Shown here piece by piece: positions 25,209 through 38,925 of a DNA stretch of 64,000 nt (positions are counted from its first letter, which is position 1; each line of letters starts with the position of its first letter). Made by a program: the position numbers and the translations under genes. The notes beneath the pieces were generated by a model, which saw nothing but the letters and a program-made list of their open reading frames with translations, ran no database searches and was not told the DNA's origin. The stretch is from Amoebophrya sp. A120. Taxonomy: Eukaryota > Protista > Dinoflagellata. The stretch spans positions 9,063,412-9,127,411 of the forward strand of contig CAJINV010000002.1 of assembly GCA_905178155.1 (NCBI GenBank), read 5' to 3'.

Positions 25209-27768
25209 ATGTCGTTGCTTCAAGTGAAGAGTATGTTTTCCAAGCTGGGTCTTGTGGCCGTCGCGCCCCTGCTGCTCGTTGTTGCTGAAGAAGGTCGCGC
25301 GCGGGGGGTAGACCTGTACGACAACGATGCCAGCCTCGTCGCGAGCACAGCGCATGAAGAAGCGTTCAAGCAGGTTGAAGACCACATCAAGGCAGCTACC
25401 GGCGTTGTTGTCGCGGACGAGAGCCACGGCGCAGCCCCCGGCGCAGGCGTGTCTGCGCCCCCGGCCGCCCCACAGGCGGAGACCGATCTTTTCCGCCGGT
25501 TCACGGGGGTCAGCCACTTCTCGCAGCCCGTGCGCACGGTGACGAGCTACGACTACCCCGCGGCCGGGACGCGCGGCGGCTACTACGGCACGGGCGTGGC
25601 GGGGGCCAGAGGTGCGGCCTATAACAACGACGACTCGTCCTCCGGGTTCGGCGTTCTGGCCCACATGGTGCTCGGTTTTTTTCTGTTCATTTTCGCTTTC
25701 CCCCTGCTGTACGGCAACGAGAAGCGGCAAGCGGTCCTGTACGCGCTGTTCCAGCGGGCACTGGAGCTTTTGTGTCCCGACTACACGGCGGAATCTCCGG
25801 CCGGCACACAGCAGCAAAAAAATACGAAGGACGCCGGGCTGTTGGTGCACATGAAGGGCGACACCGTGACCAACGAGGAGCTGACGGACCCGGAGTTCAA
25901 GGTGAGGGTGAAAAACTGCGCCAAACTGCAGAAAACTGTGGAAATGCTGCAGTGGGAGTACACCGAGGTCGACAACAAATCCGCCTCTTCTTCGACTTCT
26001 ACTACAACGCAGCAACTTCCGCCGGGCGAGAACATGAACCGGCCGGTCGAGGTGCGGCGCGAGCTGAAGTGGATGGGGTTTCTGAACGCCGACGACCCGA
26101 AGGACCCCCAGTACCGCTTGACCCCGGCCCAGAAGACCGCCGCGAAGTACTTCTTGAACGACGCCGGGGCGGACGCCAGCATCCAGGGGCGGCCTAAGGA
26201 CGTGTTTGAAGTGGACCATGTGTTCTTCCGCCAGGGCCTCAAGGGCAAAAATTTTGAGGTGCCGGACGGGCTGCGGTCGCAGATGTGCAACCAGAAGCCG
26301 CTGGATCCGAAGACGGACCTGACGGCGTCGGTGCCGAGCCTCGGCGCCGGGTCCGACCGCAAGCGGTCCGTGCGGGTGCAAAATTTGCAGTTTGCGTACG
26401 ACGAGGGGGAGAAGCAGTGGCTCTGCGGGTCGGGAGCGGCCATGGGGGACATCCGGGTGCGGTACACCAAGACCGAGTGCGGCTCCTGCTCCCTCGTGGC
26501 CGTAGTGGATGCGAGCTGCACCTCGTTTCTGCCTCTGCTCCCCGGGTTCCAGGTGGACGAGGTTGCGGTGCCGAAGAAAGTGGACCTGGCCAAGCCGCCC
26601 TACGAGGGCGTCAAGAACGCGAACGCGCTCGCGGAGCCACTGCTCAACGTCAGCCAGCGGTCCCGCCAAGGGAATGCCGGCAACGCGGCGGCCACCCCCT
26701 CCGGAGGTGCCGGGATTCAGCAGGGCGTCACTACCAACGTTGGCGGCAGTCCGGGCTGCTTCAAACTGATCGGAACCGCCTGCTCCGGTATCGACCGGAA
26801 AAACGTGTTCGTTTTAGAGGAAAACCACTATACTGTACGTATGCGAATAAAACTACCAGAAACTATGCACAAAAGAATGAATGTTTCGAACCCACTGCAA
26901 AGATGCATTTGTTGGTCGCGTTGTCACAGCTGTGCAGCCGACGTCCTGCTACTGGGGGCAGTATGCACCACAAGCTAGAACGCAACATCCACTTCGTTTC
27001 CGCGTACATTCACTAAAACGTAGATGGACGAGCCTAGTATGATATAGCGAAAGTTTTTCCGTTCGATACGTGGCATTTCCGCAACGGTCGAGACAGCGGG
27101 CGCCAGTCTGTTTGAGCTCGCCGAGCCCGCGAAATCGGCCTCGGAGATGATGGAGTTCGCGCAGAACCGGCAGAATGCGATTCACACGGCGCTGCATATG
27201 CTGGGGAAATTTTGAATCAGGTCAAGCCTCAGCCTTTTTTCTTGCACTTGCGCGAGGAGACAGAGCATGATGCAGAGACATGAATTGGTAAACTCATCGT
27301 AGCCGATGTGGAAGAGGAAAACCTATTGTAGTGCTTAGTGTGTAGCGTTCCTAGAAAAGCTTGCTTCTGTTCTTGCATGTTGGCAGCCCTGCCCAGGGTG
27401 CTAGCCTGCAAAATTACAGGGCGAATTGACGATTTCTGCGCAAATGTACAAAGAGACCTTTCCTGATTAAGAATTTTGCATGCACACAGCAAGTCGTGGG
27501 TTTCCTGATGCTCTTCTTCGGGTTGCGGTTCATGCTGGAGGTGTTTCCGGCGCTGCTAGGCGTGCTGCCCTTCGTCGGCGGGTTTTTGCACCTGGTCGGA
27601 GGTTTCGTCGTTTCGGTCGTTTCCTTCCTGGTTGCCGGTATCCTGTGGGCGATCATTGTTGCTGGGGCCTGGTTTGCGGTACGGCCAAAGTACGCCATGG
27701 CGCTAGTTGGCGCGGCGGTTGCGGTGGTCGTGCTGGCAAACGTCTTCGGAAAGATGAACAGTGGGTGA
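25209..27768 (+). CDS. TMEM43: TMEM43/LUMA (DUF1625) family membrane protein
   Basis: TM helix followed by NEKR, then GLLVHMKG...LTDPEFKV...KLQKTVEMLQW and GDIRVRY, with C-terminal TM helices in ORF 27496..27768. Confidence 0.8.
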
Positions 27769-29293
27769 GGGCATTGTTTGGCCAATTTACGTAGCAGGTC
27801 AAACGAACAGAAAAAGACTCGTCGGAGGATTATCTACTTTTTCTCTTTGGGACTCAGGGAGGCAAAATTTTGTCGTGTTTCATGGTACAGTCGTACATCG
27901 AATGCGATAACGCTTGTCCGCACGAGGCCTCTACGTGTGTGCAAGAGGCCATATTCTTGTTTGATATCATTAGCATTTCATGAGTTTCAAAAAATTTCAA
28001 ATTCGTGTGTCAGCCATAGCCTTTTTTTTTGAGAAGCAGCAGGCATGCAGATGGACATGGACTATATGCCGTCTCGATCGAGGGAAAGAAGAGAAGTACG
28101 TCTGGCCGCGTGTGTCGCCTCTTGTGCCGCGTCTATGTCGGCTACGATGTTTTTGTTTTTCCTTAGTCGCGCGCCGCAGAAAATGAAAAAGTAAACCTGC
28201 ATAGATACCTGCACGTTATCGCAACGAAATTTGCTGGTACCTGAAACCTGAGTTCAGGTATCGTGTCAACGTGACAAACTTGGCACCTGATTTTTCTATG
28301 TTTCACTCTCTAGGTCTAGTCGAACAAAAGCATGTAGACATAGAAATTAAGGATGGACGAAGACAAAGTTGTTCGACGCATTTCGTCTGCCGATAAGTTT
28401 GTCCTGTCAGGGTGGATGCAGGGTTTCGGTATAGCCCTTTAGCGCTGGTCTCAGTTTTTTCTCGGTGAAGTCTGGTGTTGTGGCAATTATGCCTATCGGT
28501 ACAAGATTTTTGTGCATCGAACCCAGAGCAAAAACATCGGTATCTATTTCTCGTTTGCGTTCTTCTTGCCCCCAGAGTGGGTTTCATATTTGCATGGAAA
28601 AGAAAATACGATGGACATATAGAAAAAAGGGAGCAATGAAGAACGACGTCGTTTTAGTAGACTCTGTTGCGACAACATAAGATGCTAGATTGATACACCG
28701 ATGCGATAACAGGTCCTCCCCCCGCGGTCGTCGTTACCCCACAATTTCCTAGAAGAATGCGCTTCTGGCAGTCATCGACAAGAATAATAAGACTCAGTAA
28801 AGTAGTTCTTCTTCCTCACTTTCTTGCTGGGGCTGGCTACTCTACTTAACCTCTAGGTGGTAGGCTGGACTACACAAAGAAAGACCGGAAAATTCAAAAA
28901 GGCGCGTCGCGCTGTTTCAGCCGACCGCGATTAGATATTCATTTAGCGCGACCTTGATGTGTTGGACTTGGAACCACTGAACTGTGAAAAATCTACAACC
29001 ATGCAGGTGCCTTTTTCCGCATTTGGCTTGTTTCTGTTCCTCCTCCCTTTGCTATGAGATTGCACAACTTCCCCCCTCTTTTGATGGCGGCAATGAACAG
29101 CAACACCTCCTGCAATGGCAGAAATATGATAGTCGTATTACAACTCAACGCACGGACCCTTTGGTTCGGTTTGGTGGTAAACATATACATACGCAACCTG
29201 TCATGCAAAAATCACTCTCAGTTGATGTTGAGTTAGCGTTTGGTATTTTCATTTGGGGACGAGGGGAGTTGTGCACTCTCATAATACCACGAC

Positions 29294-31066
29294 CAGTTCG
29301 CCCACGCCTTCCCGTCGAACAAGCGCCAGGTCCCGAACGGCGACCAGTTTCTCCATCTGGGCCACACGAGTTCCAACCCGAGCTTTTCGGACCTGAAGCA
29401 CAATGCGTTCGGCGCCGCCTTCAATTCGGCCGCGATGCAGTGGACCGCGGCGCTCTGCCAGGCGGATTCGGACGGTGACGGGTTCACCAACGGCGAGGAA
29501 CTCGGGGACCCCAACTGCACGTGGCAGCAGGGTCAGCCCATGCCGGACTGCGGCGGTATTGAAAGGAAAAACTCCCCCTCCCCATATTGAAAAGGCGTGT
29601 TTCCGAAAATCTGTGTTGCTGATTTGAGGTCACAAATCGCATTTGTCTTGCAAGAAGACAAGTGCAGAAGCTTCCGCCCCATAATGGAAGCGATTCGTCA
29701 TGCTGTTGGGCCTAAAGGGGAGCCTTTTGCCATGCCGAACAACTAGGGCCATACGCCCCACCCCATCCCGGGGATCTGGCCGCAGTGCCTTCCTGCAACA
29801 CAAAGCTGATTTGTGTACGCAAATCCAGCATCAGAAACTTCGTTTCGATATGGGGAGGGGGGATTTTTCCTTTTGATAGGCGGATGCCCGAGCCACCCCG
29901 GCGACGCGGAGGACAACTACGTGTGCGGGTCCGGCTATCAAATGTAAAAGTGTCTGGGTTTGGAAGATTGCAACTTGTCATGCTGTTTTTGGACTCTAAA
30001 AAAATTTGTATTGCATGACCAGCAAGAGGGGTATCATCTGTGCTACACGGACAGGGCATTTCTCATGCGGAAGGTGCATCAGGAGGCCCTCTAAAAGTCC
30101 GCGATGGTAAGTCATGCATTACAGGCATCACTGGCCATAAGAAATATGCATGACAAATCTTGCATTCTTCCAGACCCAGACATTTTTGCATTTGATACCG
30201 GCGTGAAGTACTGCGGTTTGCTGGAAAAGGCGGAAGATCGGTACCGCGCGCACGGCGCGCTGATGCTCACGGCGTGGGTGGTACTGGCGCCGCTGCTGAT
30301 CGCCATGGTCTTTGTGCGCAGAAAAATTCAACTGATGGACCACGGGCAAGAAGACGCGACCAATACAGCCGCTTTTGAGATGAAAGGGGGTGGCAATGCC
30401 GACCACAGCAAACTGCTCGGCCGTTTGATGCTCATCCACAAGATCGGGCAGCCGTTGACGCTGATCATCACCACAGTGGCGATCACTCTGCCCTTTCTGG
30501 AGGATCACAGTTCGCACGGGCACCGCCGCCGGCTGTCCGGGGGTCATTCCAGCATGTCCATGCACGGCATCCTCGGATTTCTGGTGCTGTCGCTGGCCTG
30601 GTCACAGCTCTTCTTGTGGCTGGGGAAGAAGTGGTATTTGCAGCAGAACGTCGTAAGCAGCAGCGAGGTGCTGGAAAGCAATAGTACAAAGAATGGCGCT
30701 CCTGTTGTAGTCAACGGGTTGACCAACAACAAAATCACATGCGAGCAGTCGCAAGAAATCGCCCTCAAACCGGTGGTGCAGAAAGATTTCGTGGAAGAAG
30801 CTAGTGGAGGAAACAGGGCGGCAGCGGCCAAACAAGCAGCAGAAAGTAGCAAGTCCTTTTCGGAGAAGTGGCTCTGGGTGCACCGGATCTCGGGCCTTCT
30901 CTGCTTGCTCCTCGGGATGTGGAACTGTGTTTCCGGGGCGTTTAAGTTTGAGGATATGTTTGACGACACCATTTTTCAGCCCGTCGTCTACGCCTGCATC
31001 GTCGTCTCGCTCGTTCTTCTTCTTGCGGCCAGAACGCTCGGTCATAAACTTGTCACGGTTCTGTAA
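29294..31066 (+). CDS. Temptin-like domain fused to a cytochrome b561-type (DOMON-associated) transmembrane domain; 5' exon not located
   Basis: VPNG...GH...NAFGAAF...WTAALCQADSDGDGFTNGEELGDPNCTW...SHPG (temptin signature) joins across two introners to RAHGALMLTAW, IHKIGQ, MHGILG and WLWVHRISG (four heme His). Confidence 0.8.
29557..29878. mobile_element. Introner family C copy 1 (322 bp)
   Basis: TIR tattgaaaggaaaactccccctccccatattgaaa / tttcgatatggggagggggg...cttttgata; DR ggcgg. Confidence 0.9.
29936..30197. mobile_element. Introner family A copy 3 (262 bp)
   Basis: Family A TIRs; DR ccggc. The junction reads VCGSGVKYCG. Confidence 0.92.
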
Positions 31067-32052
31067 ATGTTGATTCATACATACATAGGATGGGGATAGA
31101 AGGACAAGTTTCTTTTTGAACACGTTCACAAGAAAGCATCGAGATTACTGGAAAATATGGTGTCATGATATCGGGTAAACGCAAGATTATAATTGCATGG
31201 ACTAATTCAACCATAATCTCCCGAAACGCAACGCCGCTTAAAGATCATCTTCTTTTGGTTGCTCTAGAAAATTAGAATACGTGTCTGCATGTTCATGTTT
31301 AAGTTTATCCGCTGCTGCTTCTGAAGAGTAAGTCCAAACATGGTGCACTACTGTCGAACGGATTTATTGTGTGTAGGTTCAATCCGTGCGTCAATCAATT
31401 CGTAAAGCCTACTCTGACGTGTGAAGTGTCGTGTCATGAGCTTGCATCGGATAGATTTCTGTACCTGTATCGCACTCGTGATGTAGTCATTGAAGCTTTT
31501 CATAATCGCTCTACTGCTGAATCGCGAAGAACACAAGTGGATGTCGAGATTGTTTTTTGCCACTGTTCGTCTTTTGCTTCTACCTATCCGGAGAATCACC
31601 GAGGTAGAGAGGTGGAGAAGAACAATTTCGTTGAAATAATTCTGCGGCCTGAGATCCATGTTGTTTTCGGGCAGAATGAATGTGACATGCAAGGACGAGG
31701 AAACTTTTTTTGGTTGTTGCAAGTAGTATGAATCTTGTTGTGAGAAACCGGATGACACGAGAGGAGTTAGTCCAGACACTATCTCTTGAGCTTCGCTAGA
31801 AGTTACTTTTGATGCCAAGATGAAACAGGTCCCTGTTGCTGCTCTTGGTAATGATTTGAGACCACTTCTGGATACTGAACGACCCGAAATTTTTTTCGCT
31901 ACCCCATCCTTTACTTTAGATATACATAGGTTCGGGCGTTTGCTCGATAGAGGAGGCATCTTGCACGAGCTGTGTTGTCTTGTGCTTTTGTACTGCAGTA
32001 ATTTGCAATTTTCGTGATAACGCGAAGGCGCGAAAATGAACGCGGCGGCACG

Positions 32053-33179
32053 ATGACTACCACCTCCGCCACGGATATGGACGCGGAAGAAAGTCGGTAC
32101 CGCGCCCATGGCGCGCTGATGCTTACCGCGTGGGGCGCGCTGGCGCCGCTGCTGATCTGCATGGTGTTTTTGCGGCGGAAGATCCTCCTGGAAACGGGCG
32201 GGACGACGCCGGGCGAGGGACCAGAAAAAGAGAAGCAGAAAGAATTCGTGAACAAGTTGATGCTGATGCACAAGCTCGGGCAACCCGTCACCCTCATTCT
32301 CGTCACCGTGGCCATCACGTTGCCCTTCATGGAGAGCCACGCGGCGCACGGACACCTGTTGCGCCGACTCGCTGGCGGCGGCGGCCATTCCTCCATGTCG
32401 CTGCACGGCGTGATCGGCTTCCTCGTGCTGTCCCTCGCCTGGGTCCAGCTGTTTCTCTGGCTCGGCAAGAAGTTTTACCTCAAGCAGCCAATTTTCGCTA
32501 ACGGTGGGGAGCAGCTGGAGAACTTTGCGGGGGTGGTGAACGGAAATTCGAAAGTCGCTTCGAGTTTGGGAGAACAAATACCAGGAGGCGAAAGTACAAC
32601 GGCGAAGGAAGATCTGGAGAAGAATTTGCCATCAGGAACAGCCACCGGTGCGGCGGTAAGCGCAGCGACCAGCGCCGCGGAAAAGCAGTTTTCGGAAAAT
32701 TGGCTCTGGGTGCACCGCGTCAGCGGGTTGCTCTGCCTGCTGCTAGCCTGGTGGAACTTGTGGAGCGGGTCGCACAAAATCAAGGACATGTTCGACGTTG
32801 AGATCTTATTCCACAGAACAGCACTTCAGTACTACACCCATACCAGAAAAACATATGAATTCGTGTCGCGGCTTGTACTGTGATTTCTGCTGTTCGGCAT
32901 GACTGGTACTTTTCTAATCGCTTCGCAGCACCAGCATTCTTACAGAGGTTAATAGGGGATGCTGCGTCACAGGAATGTGCTTCTGTTGTGGTCTCCTTGT
33001 TGCAGAACTTCTCCTGGCGCCGCCACAACACAAATCGACAAACCGGCTGAAAAAGGGTCCTGGTATGGGCGTGCTTTTCTGTAGAATACATCTTTACCCC
33101 GTTGGTCATCGCCTTCATCGCCGTTTCCGTCATCATGCTGGTCTTGTCACGGACAGTCTTGCACAAACTCGTCGTGTGA
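32053..33179 (+). CDS. Cytochrome b561-type protein, tandem paralog of 29294-31066 without the temptin domain
   Basis: RYRAHGALMLTAW, MHKLGQ, SLHGVIG and WLWVHRVSG. The C-terminus EIFTPLVIAFIAVSVIMLVLSRTVLHKLVV* is restored after removing 32807-33093. Confidence 0.8.
32807..33088. mobile_element. TIR introner of a further family (282 bp)
   Basis: TIR tattccacagaacagcac / gtgcttttctgtagaata; DR gatct/catct. Absent from the upstream paralog. Confidence 0.82.
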
Positions 33180-34445
33180 GGAGGAGTATAGTCGTGAAGA
33201 ACCAAATGTACGAGCGCAAAAAAATTGAGACGGATTTTTTTACGCCTGAAGGAAAAAAATTGTATCTTCGTATTTTCAACCTGCTTCTTAATCTAGTAGT
33301 ATACAAGTCGTAAGGGGTGCGTCGAGTTGGTTGCTGGGTCCGCAGGGTCGCTCTCGAATGCGGTGCACATAATGAGCAACTTCAATAGGTGGACGAGTTA
33401 ATTCTGTTTCGAAGATTGATTAACGCAGGTACAGTGTAGTGAAACCAATAACAGCGTCATGATTAGCATTAGTCTCGCCTTTCTTTATTTGATTTTCCTG
33501 GACATATCAAGCCAACGCCGAACGCGTGGGCCGGCAAGTATCTGCGGAATTTGAATATGGATCTGCTATAGGGCCTCGATTACGCAAACGCGAATCGTTG
33601 CAATTGTGTGAAGTTGTAGTGCTCTTATAGTAGTCCGAAAAATTTTTTGTCGCGGGATTCCTCTAGCAAAATTCGTATCAATGCTAGTAACAGTAGTAGC
33701 AGAGAGGTGTAGAGCCCATACGTATTTTTTTTAGGTTTCGAATATTGGAACTAGTGGAACTGATAGACTTTCACTAACCTTGTCACGTCAACGACTGGAA
33801 TATACTTCTCCAGCGAGTGGCTCTTCCTTTTTACATGTGAGGGAATGCTTGGTTCTTGTAAGAGTAAGAATCCGATGTTCAATCATTATTGTGCAGATCC
33901 GCAATGCCACCGGAGCAGGCAGATGCGGATGATCTGGCTGAATAGTCAGAGCGCAGTCTATAAAACAAAAAATTAGTTCTATAGACTCTTATAACTCCGT
34001 AGTTGAGTAAACCTACCTACCTACCTACGATCCTAGTCCTACTCATCTGTGTGGTTTCGCCTACTCCAACGCAGCTGTCGGGATCAATTTTAAGATAATA
34101 CCAAAAGTGGGCGGCTGCGGTGCCGGGACAAAATGCAGCGGAACGGCATAAGCTGCGGCCAATCAACTGCATGTTCATGCAGAGCAGAGGCGGAGTGGGA
34201 GAGGGAGTCTGAGTCACTCAGGAACTTGGAGTTTTCCTTCGAGCAGTTGACGAGAGAAGTAATGTTTTCATTTGTGAGATGTTGGAGGTAGGTGACGTGT
34301 GATAGCGTTTGCTTTTTTTGTTTGGAGTGTCCTGGTGACTTTTTCTTTTTCTTCATTGCGTCTGCTGCGATGGCAGTTTGGCTTCAAGTGCGGATTTGAC
34401 CTGGAGCGAGCTTCATTTTCTAGTGCACGGACCGTACGTTTCTGC

Positions 34446-36111
34446 ATGGACCAAAAAAGCCCTCGGTCCACCAAAATCATGATAAGCCACAGGAGCAGCA
34501 ACAGCTATGAACCGACGGCGGGAAGTTTGGGTCCCAAGCCTCTGTACAATTACAACTCGCAGCCGCTTTTTGCTCGCGACGCCGAGCGCAGATCACAACA
34601 TACAGATCGCGACGGAGATCATTTTTCGTCTCATGCACGTCCACATCATGGACATGGAGGACCACAGTTTGCAGCGGCCTCCGACCAAGTTACAATGGCC
34701 ACCACTGCGGCCAGCGATGGATATGGCACCACTAATTCCCATCTACCCTCTAGCGGGCCGGCCTCGTCTGGTCCAACCTCCACAGCGTCGTCAAAAAAGA
34801 CACGACCTGCGCAGGTTTCCTTTCTGAGCACCACCGCTCAACAGCATCCAGGAGGAACCCATGACGCAGCTGCTTCATTTTCTTCGCGGTGCAACGCGGC
34901 GTCTGTTAGAAGCATGACGATGAATTATGACCATGGGGATCGCTCAAGAGCGTACAGGTCCACACAGGATGATCACTCACTGCCCTTGGGACGAATTGGA
35001 AAGAGTTCTGGGCCAATAAATCAAGAAGTAATGATCCACCAGCACCGCCTTCCACACGAAGACCGCGACTCTTTTGGGCCGGACGAAGAAGAGGAATTGG
35101 ACGATCCGTTCTTGCAAAAGGAGCAGAATCTGCAAGACTTGAAACTAGATTTGCAATCGCTGTTCCGCGTGTCGAAACAGCAGAACGAGGCTCAGAAAAT
35201 CAGCATCCAGGGACTTCAGGTGGAGTTGAATCACGCGAACAACTTGAAAATGCAGTTGGAGCAGGACAACGAGAAGCTGAAGAAGGGCAACGATCTGCTG
35301 ATCCAACGGTGTAACGCCCTCGTGTCGGAGATGGCGACGTTGAAAATATCAAATGTAAAAATGTCTGGGTCTGGAAGATTCTGAGACTTGTCATGCACGT
35401 TTTGCATGGGCCATGATATCTGTGATGCATGCCCTAGCATCACAGACTTTTTGAGGGCTCTGTGATGCCTATTCCGCATGGCAAATGCCCTCTCCGCGTA
35501 GCCAAAATTGCATTCCCTTTGCTGCTTATGCAATACAGATTTTTTTGGAATCCAAATGCAGCATCACAAGTTCGGATTCTTCCAGACCCAGACATTTTTA
35601 CATTTGATAGAAAACCAACGTGAGCAAAACAAAACAGGAGCGCGACAAGCTGGAGATATCAAATGTAAAAATGTCTGGGTCTGGAAGAATGCGCGATTTG
35701 TCATGCAGCTTTTCCATGACCCATGAGGTCTGGAATGCAGGACCTAGCATGACAGATTCTGTGCGATCTCTCTCATGCCTCTCCTGCATGAGAAACTCCC
35801 TTCCGACTTGGTCAAAACTGGACGACTTTTGGTAATCATGCAACACAGATTTTTGCATGTTTCAGATCTAGCATGACAAGTTACATTCTTCCAGACCCAG
35901 ACATTTTTACATTTGATAGGAGAAGCTCTTTTTCGATTTGAAGCAGAAGAGCGAGGAAAAGAAGCACTTCCTGAAAAAGGGGCTGGAAGAAATGAAGCAA
36001 AAACTGACGATCGAACGAAGAAGAAACAAACACCTCGCGTCCGCGTTGCGGTCCCTACAGCGCGACTTTTTCGTTGAAAAAATGCGCCGAAATTTGGCAG
36101 AAGAAAGTTGA
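34446..36111 (+). CDS. Protein with a disordered N-terminus and C-terminal coiled coil
   Basis: ORF 34299..35384 joins across two family A elements: EMATLKTNVSKTKQERDKLEKLFFDLKQKSEEKK... Confidence 0.65.
35347..35609. mobile_element. Introner family A copy 4 (263 bp; reverse orientation relative to copy 1)
   Basis: Family A TIRs; DR gaaaa. The interior is a diverged reverse complement of 13331-13592. Confidence 0.92.
35657..35918. mobile_element. Introner family A copy 5 (262 bp)
   Basis: Family A TIRs; DR ggaga. Confidence 0.92.
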
Positions 36112-36915
36112 AGAGGGACTCGTTTCTGTTTCATGTGTTGCAAACTCGATAAGCACTGTTTCACTTCTGAATTTGCAAATAAGAACGAAGTAATTACATA
36201 GATCACTTTTGTTTTTGTTGTACGCGAACACGTTTCAAGTTTAGGAGCAGGCGGTGGAAGAGAAATTGACTCTCAACTACATGAGGAAAGCGAAAGCTAT
36301 GCGTAATCGAATATTCGATGTGTTCTTCGAACTATACAAGCAAGAGGATCGTAAAAAAAAGGACGGCTCTTGTGCATCGGTTTGCTGTTATTTTTTTTTC
36401 CTTCTCTTGCTGCATGACAAGAAGACCAAGAGGAAGAGGCTCAAGTTCAACTCCAGAGGGTCTTCGAATCGCATGGCATGCAGGAAAAATGTGCAACATA
36501 CGAGCGAAAAATTGATTTCCCGGACGAGAGACGAGGCCACGATAGTAAATAACTCATCTGGGCCCGGTTTTTTTTTGCCGAGGTGCTTTTACGGTCCCGC
36601 TGAAAAAATCAATACAGAGGATTGAATATCATGTGCACTGCTCAAGTTCATTCTCAAGACCGCTATCTTCAACAAACAGGTTCGCGGTAGGTGTAGTAAG
36701 CATAGATTGATAGTATTTCGCTCCCCTGCTCCCCAAGGACTTTGGTCTCGTGAGGGTACAACGGACACGGAACCTACTGTAGGCCTCCAAACTATTGTGA
36801 CTGTTGATTCCGATGCCGCTTGAACATTTAAAAGTTGCTCGTTTGATTGACGCGTGAGAACTACCCTGTTTGTTCTTGTTTATCTGCTTCTCCTCCTCGC
36901 AAGAATTCCATAACC

Positions 36916-38344
36916 ATGTCGGCGACCAGTATGGTTCTCTCGTCCACGACCCCTTCCCTCTCGTCCGCCGCGTCGCGGATGGTCGGTCTCGTGAGTAGCG
37001 CTGGGTGCAGAGCCGAGGCCCGGCACTTCTCCGCAGCTGGAAGACGGCACGGGAATAGGTCGTCTCCCCTCTACGTAAATTCCCCAGCGGATAGCTCTAC
37101 CACGACAACGACCCGGTTAGTTCTCGGCGGAGTCGGGGCTTCTACAAGTTCCGTCGCGTATCCCCACCCAGGTCGTGGAACCAGTTTTCCTTCCTCGTCC
37201 TCCACTGCACCATATCTTTCAACCTATAGCAGCAACACACCCTCGTCCTCCTCCACCAGAAGTTCGCCTTTCCACCACACCTCTCAGCGTCGCTGCATCG
37301 CGGTGATTGCTGAGCCTACCCCGAACCCCGAGTCCATCATGTTTTACCCGCAAGCGCAGGACGTGCTGGGCAAAGCCGCGAAGACAAAGACCTTTCAAGA
37401 CAAGGCCACTGCCCGCTCGAGCCTGTTGGCCACCGCGCTCTTCAAGGTGCACGGTGTCGCGCAGGTCATGCTTGCAGCGAGACACGTGACGATTACGAAA
37501 CAGCCAGATATCGACTGGGATTTCGTCCGCCCCAATATCGAGCTGGTACTCTCTAGAATGTTTCCATGCGGCCGAATAAGTTGAATTTCTAGCTATAGCA
37601 AGGTTTGGTCCTATCTTCGACCCAAGAAGGGTCTGACTAAAGTCGCGTCTGGCGACTTTATTCAGAACTCGAACAGAAAAGACAGAAATGTAAAAACTTC
37701 TTCTCTGCATTTGGAGGTTTTGCTTTTGGACAGTGAAAACCAATCAACAGGTGATGTCTCAATTTTTCGCTGCTGGCCTCGAGGTAATCGATCCTCAAGA
37801 AATCGATTACTACCAAGATGGGCAATCGCGCATGCCGAACCCCGTTGCGGATGGCGTAGATGTTCCAGAAAAGGTACTAAGCATCATTTACAGCCTGGGT
37901 TTATTGCTTGGGCGCGGCATCAAATGATTGCTTTCGAATTCGATTCATTATCTTAGCATATTCGCGTAGTGCTGGGCCACTTGCACGGAAGATGCTTCGT
38001 CCTAGTTTCATGTAGTTAGGTCATTTGAAAAGTAGTCACCTATTTTTACAACCACAAAACCCCAGCCCGACGGCAGTTCGGAGAACTTTGAGCAGGAGCT
38101 TTTGCAGCTGCTGGAGGAGCGGGTGCAGCCGTTCGTGCAGCAGGACGGGGGCGACGTGGAATACGTCAAAACGGAGAACGACGTCGTCTACCTGCGGATG
38201 ATGGGTGCGTGTTCCGGCTGCCCGAAGAGCGGCATTACGCTCAACATCCAAATCAAGCAGCTGATCCAGCACTATTTTCCCCATATCCAGGATGTCGCCG
38301 AGTACGTGGACCCGGAGGAAGAAGTGATCCCGAGGGGGCACTAG
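36916..38344 (+). CDS. NFU1: Mitochondrial Fe-S cluster scaffold NFU1
   Basis: S/R-rich presequence, Nfu_N domain (PTPNPESIMFYP...SLLATALFKVHGVAQVML) and NifU-C domain (QLLEERVQPFVQQDGGDVEY...MGACSGCPKS). GT-AG introns. Confidence 0.92.
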
Positions 38345-38925
38345 GGTGGCGCAGCTACAGATACAGTTTGCTGTGCGGATTGCGTATTTGAAGTTTCCTC
38401 GAAATAAATTGAACAAATGAATCCCATCGAAAAAATTTCGTCGAATCAAAGTGCCACACTATTGCGGAGAGCAGGCTTTGCCTTCAGCGAAGCGATTTCC
38501 CTTGGAAGCACATGGCGAGAACGAGAAGCAATTTCTATGACGTTCCCTTTACTTTTATGCATTTCGTTCGTGGATGCGCGATTCGCGCACCGTTGCGCGA
38601 CTCGCGCACGAACAACAGGTGATGCTGTGTTCGACGAGATTTTAGAGACGACATAAACACCTACTTACAACCGTGTGAAACGCTTTCGCCAACTTTCTTA
38701 TTTTCTTGACAGATGTTGTCGAGGGTGGATCTGGATACTATAAAACGTGAGTACTATGTTGAGCGGAGGGCACCAATGAGTAGAGAACACACGACATTGA
38801 CTAATTTTGATTCTCTACCACACCGATGTATCTCAACATCAACTTTTGCAGTGTTGAAACGGCAGCCTGAAGCCTGACCTGGCACTAGTGGCAGGTTTTG
38901 TCGAAGCGGGTAGCCAACATTAAGG

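Noticed and set aside
31348-32577. 409-aa minus-strand ORF
   Set aside because: Half is antisense to the b561 paralog and the rest has no coding-like composition or motif.
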